This document shows, piece by piece, positions 35,213-37,447 of a stretch of 37,447 bases of DNA. The DNA lies in the NCBI GenBank assembly GCA_040357565.1, contig JBDODJ010000108.1; one strand, given 5' to 3'. The stretch comes from Cercozoa sp. M6MM (Eukaryota; Protista; Endomyxa: Ascetosporea). The number at the start of each line of letters is the position of its first letter. The stretch's first letter is position 1. A model generated the notes under the pieces. That model ran no database searches, was not told the origin of the DNA, and saw only the letters and a list, made by a program, of their open reading frames with translations. The position numbers were made by a program, and so were the translations under genes.

Positions 35213-37087
35213 ATGTGGCGTGGTGCAGCGAATGAGGTACTAAATTCACGATCAATAAGTTCAGTTGCAATTGAGAGTTACTCACGCTTAAATGATAACA
35301 GCAGGACACATTTCAATTGACGAAGCTTGTGCGAGAATCCAGTGCGTCTTTCATCGGCATGGTAGCTAGTACCGACATTGTCAAGCAGCTTCAGTGAAAT
35401 TTAGTGTCAGCATCGCCTCTCTGCCAGCAGGTTTTAGTGCATGGGATACGGGCGCGCAACCTCGCTTTGATCGAGTGCTTTCTTAAACTAGGTACTGTCA
35501 TCTGATAGTTGACTGTCTGCTGCTCATACATACAGTGTTATTACTCCTACAACTGCGTAGGCGTGAGAGTCGACACTGCGGCCTTTGAGGCCGCGATGGA
35601 CACCGACACAGCCCAGATAGTTCAGTTGCTGCTTGAGAGCGAGTCCACCGAAGAAGAGAGCAGAGTCGAACAAGTGCAGCGATATTTGGGAACGCAGGTA
35701 CGTTACTGTCTCTAATTCTGGCACTCTCGATGTGCTGCTACCTTCACTTCATGTTTGGACTGCATCTGCAGAACGTGCTGCACCGTGCAGCTGAGAAACA
35801 CTGGTCGCCTCGCGTTGTGGCTTGCGTCTGGCAGTACGTGAAGGTACTAATAACACACACTTACAGACGGTTTCCGCAGGAACAATAACAATAATCTTCT
35901 CTGGTGTCGATAAATAGCGAGAAGATGCCGCCAGAACACAGTGGCTCCGAGCGACATCCTCGGTTGAAGGTTTGTCTTTACCTTCAACTCACTCTTTCTC
36001 TCTCTCTCTCTAGTACCTCACGTCAGTAGCGAGTTTGCACAGGTCACACAGCGCTGCACACTGCGTGCGTTCAGCACTTGCTGGTTCCGTCGGACAAGTC
36101 GCTCGTCAGGTGGCTGGTCAGTGTGGGTATTGAGACTTCTTTGATGTGTTGAAAACAAACAATGTTCCACCTGTATGCTTTGACTGGTTGTTTGTTTTTT
36201 GCAGGTGCTGACGTCAGTGCTTTAAGTCGAGTAGCCAGAGCAAGGTACAGGCCAACTTCAGTTGGGGAAGAATCATTCAACTTGACATTTGTGCCGTCGG
36301 ACGCTGTTACCAGAAACAGGAGGACTGCACTCGCGGTTCTTGTATTGTGCCTTCGTCAGCATCCGTAAGTTTGAATATAAAGTTAATCCTCTTTGCCTCG
36401 CTATTCTTTTCGCGGACGTACGTGAGCTGATTGGTTGCGTCAGAACAAAAGAGGCATCTCAGCGGTATCTCCAACCCAAACTGAAACGCCTCGCTGAAAT
36501 CAAATCAACCGTGACTGATACATTGACGATTGCAGCTTCGCGGAGGTGGTGCCATGTCTCGTGCACAACGACGACACTGGCGAAGTCGCCATTAATCAGC
36601 TCCTCTGGGTATTTGTCTCTGGGCAACGACATTGTGAGTACAACACACTGTCTCCTGTTGCTATTGGTACTGGTTAATTTACTTTTCCTGTGTTAGGCGG
36701 CAAAGGTCGACGGAGTCTACGGCACAGTGTGTCACTCGATACAACGCATCATGGCTCGCGCAGGGTCTCTCAATAATGCCCGTATTTTGTCAAATCTCCC
36801 AAACATTCCGTGTTTCCTCTTTCTTTAAGCCTCTTAGTCAACTGAGCTATGTAGTGCTGCGACCGTGCATGTTGCGCGCTGTCAATGTCGCAGCGGAACA
36901 CTTTAGCGAGCAATACCAAAACAGACTGGTAATTTAAACTGATCGCAGATTGTCGATACTGTATCGCTTGACTGTTGGGCTTTCGTCGCACGTGTTTAAA
37001 CTGTACGGTTTTGCAGACGGGAGGAAAGATGCTGTCCCCGAACCTGCGATTGGTGCCGAAACTGCCCGACTTCTGCGCACTCCTTGA
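35213..37087 (+). CDS. Ankyrin-repeat-containing hypothetical protein
   Basis: Spliced exons give LVHGIRARNLALIECFLKLGVRVDTAAFEAAM..IVQLLLE, NVLHRAAE and GHTALHTAC..LVRWLVSVGADVSA (ankyrin-like consensus). The 3' exons and stop (TGA 37085-37087) are tentative. Confidence 0.6.
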
Positions 37088-37398
37088 AACCGTGTTTTCC
37101 GGAATAGAGTATGAGCTTTTTTGAACTGAAGATTCCATTGAGATACGCGTTCTTCACTGCACCGTTCTTGTTGCAGCTCTTCGCAGGAAGAACGTGAGAC
37201 GTTCTTATTTTGTACGTTGATAAATTTAGACAATATACCTGTTGGATAAGGGAAACTAAGACACCTGTCGGGATGTTGAGCAGCGGCAGACAATTCGAAA
37301 CTCGCTCTCGATGTCTCGTGTGCCATTACGCTGCTGAAACAGGCGATTCGCTTGCCTTTGGTACCACCAGTCGTCGGACTTTTGTTGGAAAGAGACGA

Positions 37399-37400
<2 letters not shown>

Positions 37401-37447
<47 letters not shown>
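37401..37447 (+). repeat. (TG)n microsatellite at the window end, probably intronic in a minus-strand gene
   Basis: Directly visible. It is flanked on the minus strand by an AG acceptor and an exon-like stretch (SDDWWYQRQANRLF...). Confidence 0.9.

Noticed and set aside
36990-37390. Named gene on the minus strand at the window end
   Set aside because: Exon-like stretches exist, but the frame, stop and family cannot be fixed within the window.
1-37447. Most supplied six-frame ORFs as standalone genes
   Set aside because: They are exon-intron chimeras, antisense shadows of GC-rich exons, or microsatellite read-throughs (HTHT/CVCV/ERER). Spliced models explain the coding signal.

Overview
This is a gene-dense, extremely intron-rich eukaryotic window, probably from a protist, using the standard genetic code. 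There is no prokaryotic operon, CRISPR array or autonomous transposon. The supplied six-frame ORFs are mostly exon/intron chimeras. I spliced genes by hand through short (mostly ~50-70 nt) GT-AG introns. In order: the 5' part of an uncharacterised gene (-); a secreted Cys-rich protein with two tandem PPC-like beta-sandwich modules (+); a YhhN/TMEM86 lysoplasmalogenase (+); a possible bZIP-like fragment (+); a serine palmitoyltransferase small subunit (-); a mut-7/EXD3-like DEDDy exonuclease (+); a degenerate 5S rRNA-like sequence; an SK/KCNN-like K+ channel (-); a DHHC palmitoyltransferase (+); a low-complexity polyQ orphan (-) spanning a 100-N gap; mannose-1-phosphate guanylyltransferase (-, 16 exons); an anoctamin/TMEM16 (+); an importin-7/8-like gene (+, ~50 exons); and an ankyrin-repeat gene (+). 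The most notable points are an intron density of about 14-15 per kb of CDS, an anoctamin lacking most canonical Ca2+ ligands, intron gain/loss between two internal repeats of one gene, a 5S-derived element without a Pol III terminator, and a hairpin-rich intergenic region that may hide an ncRNA or MITE. Gene models and family assignments are manual and unverified by database search.
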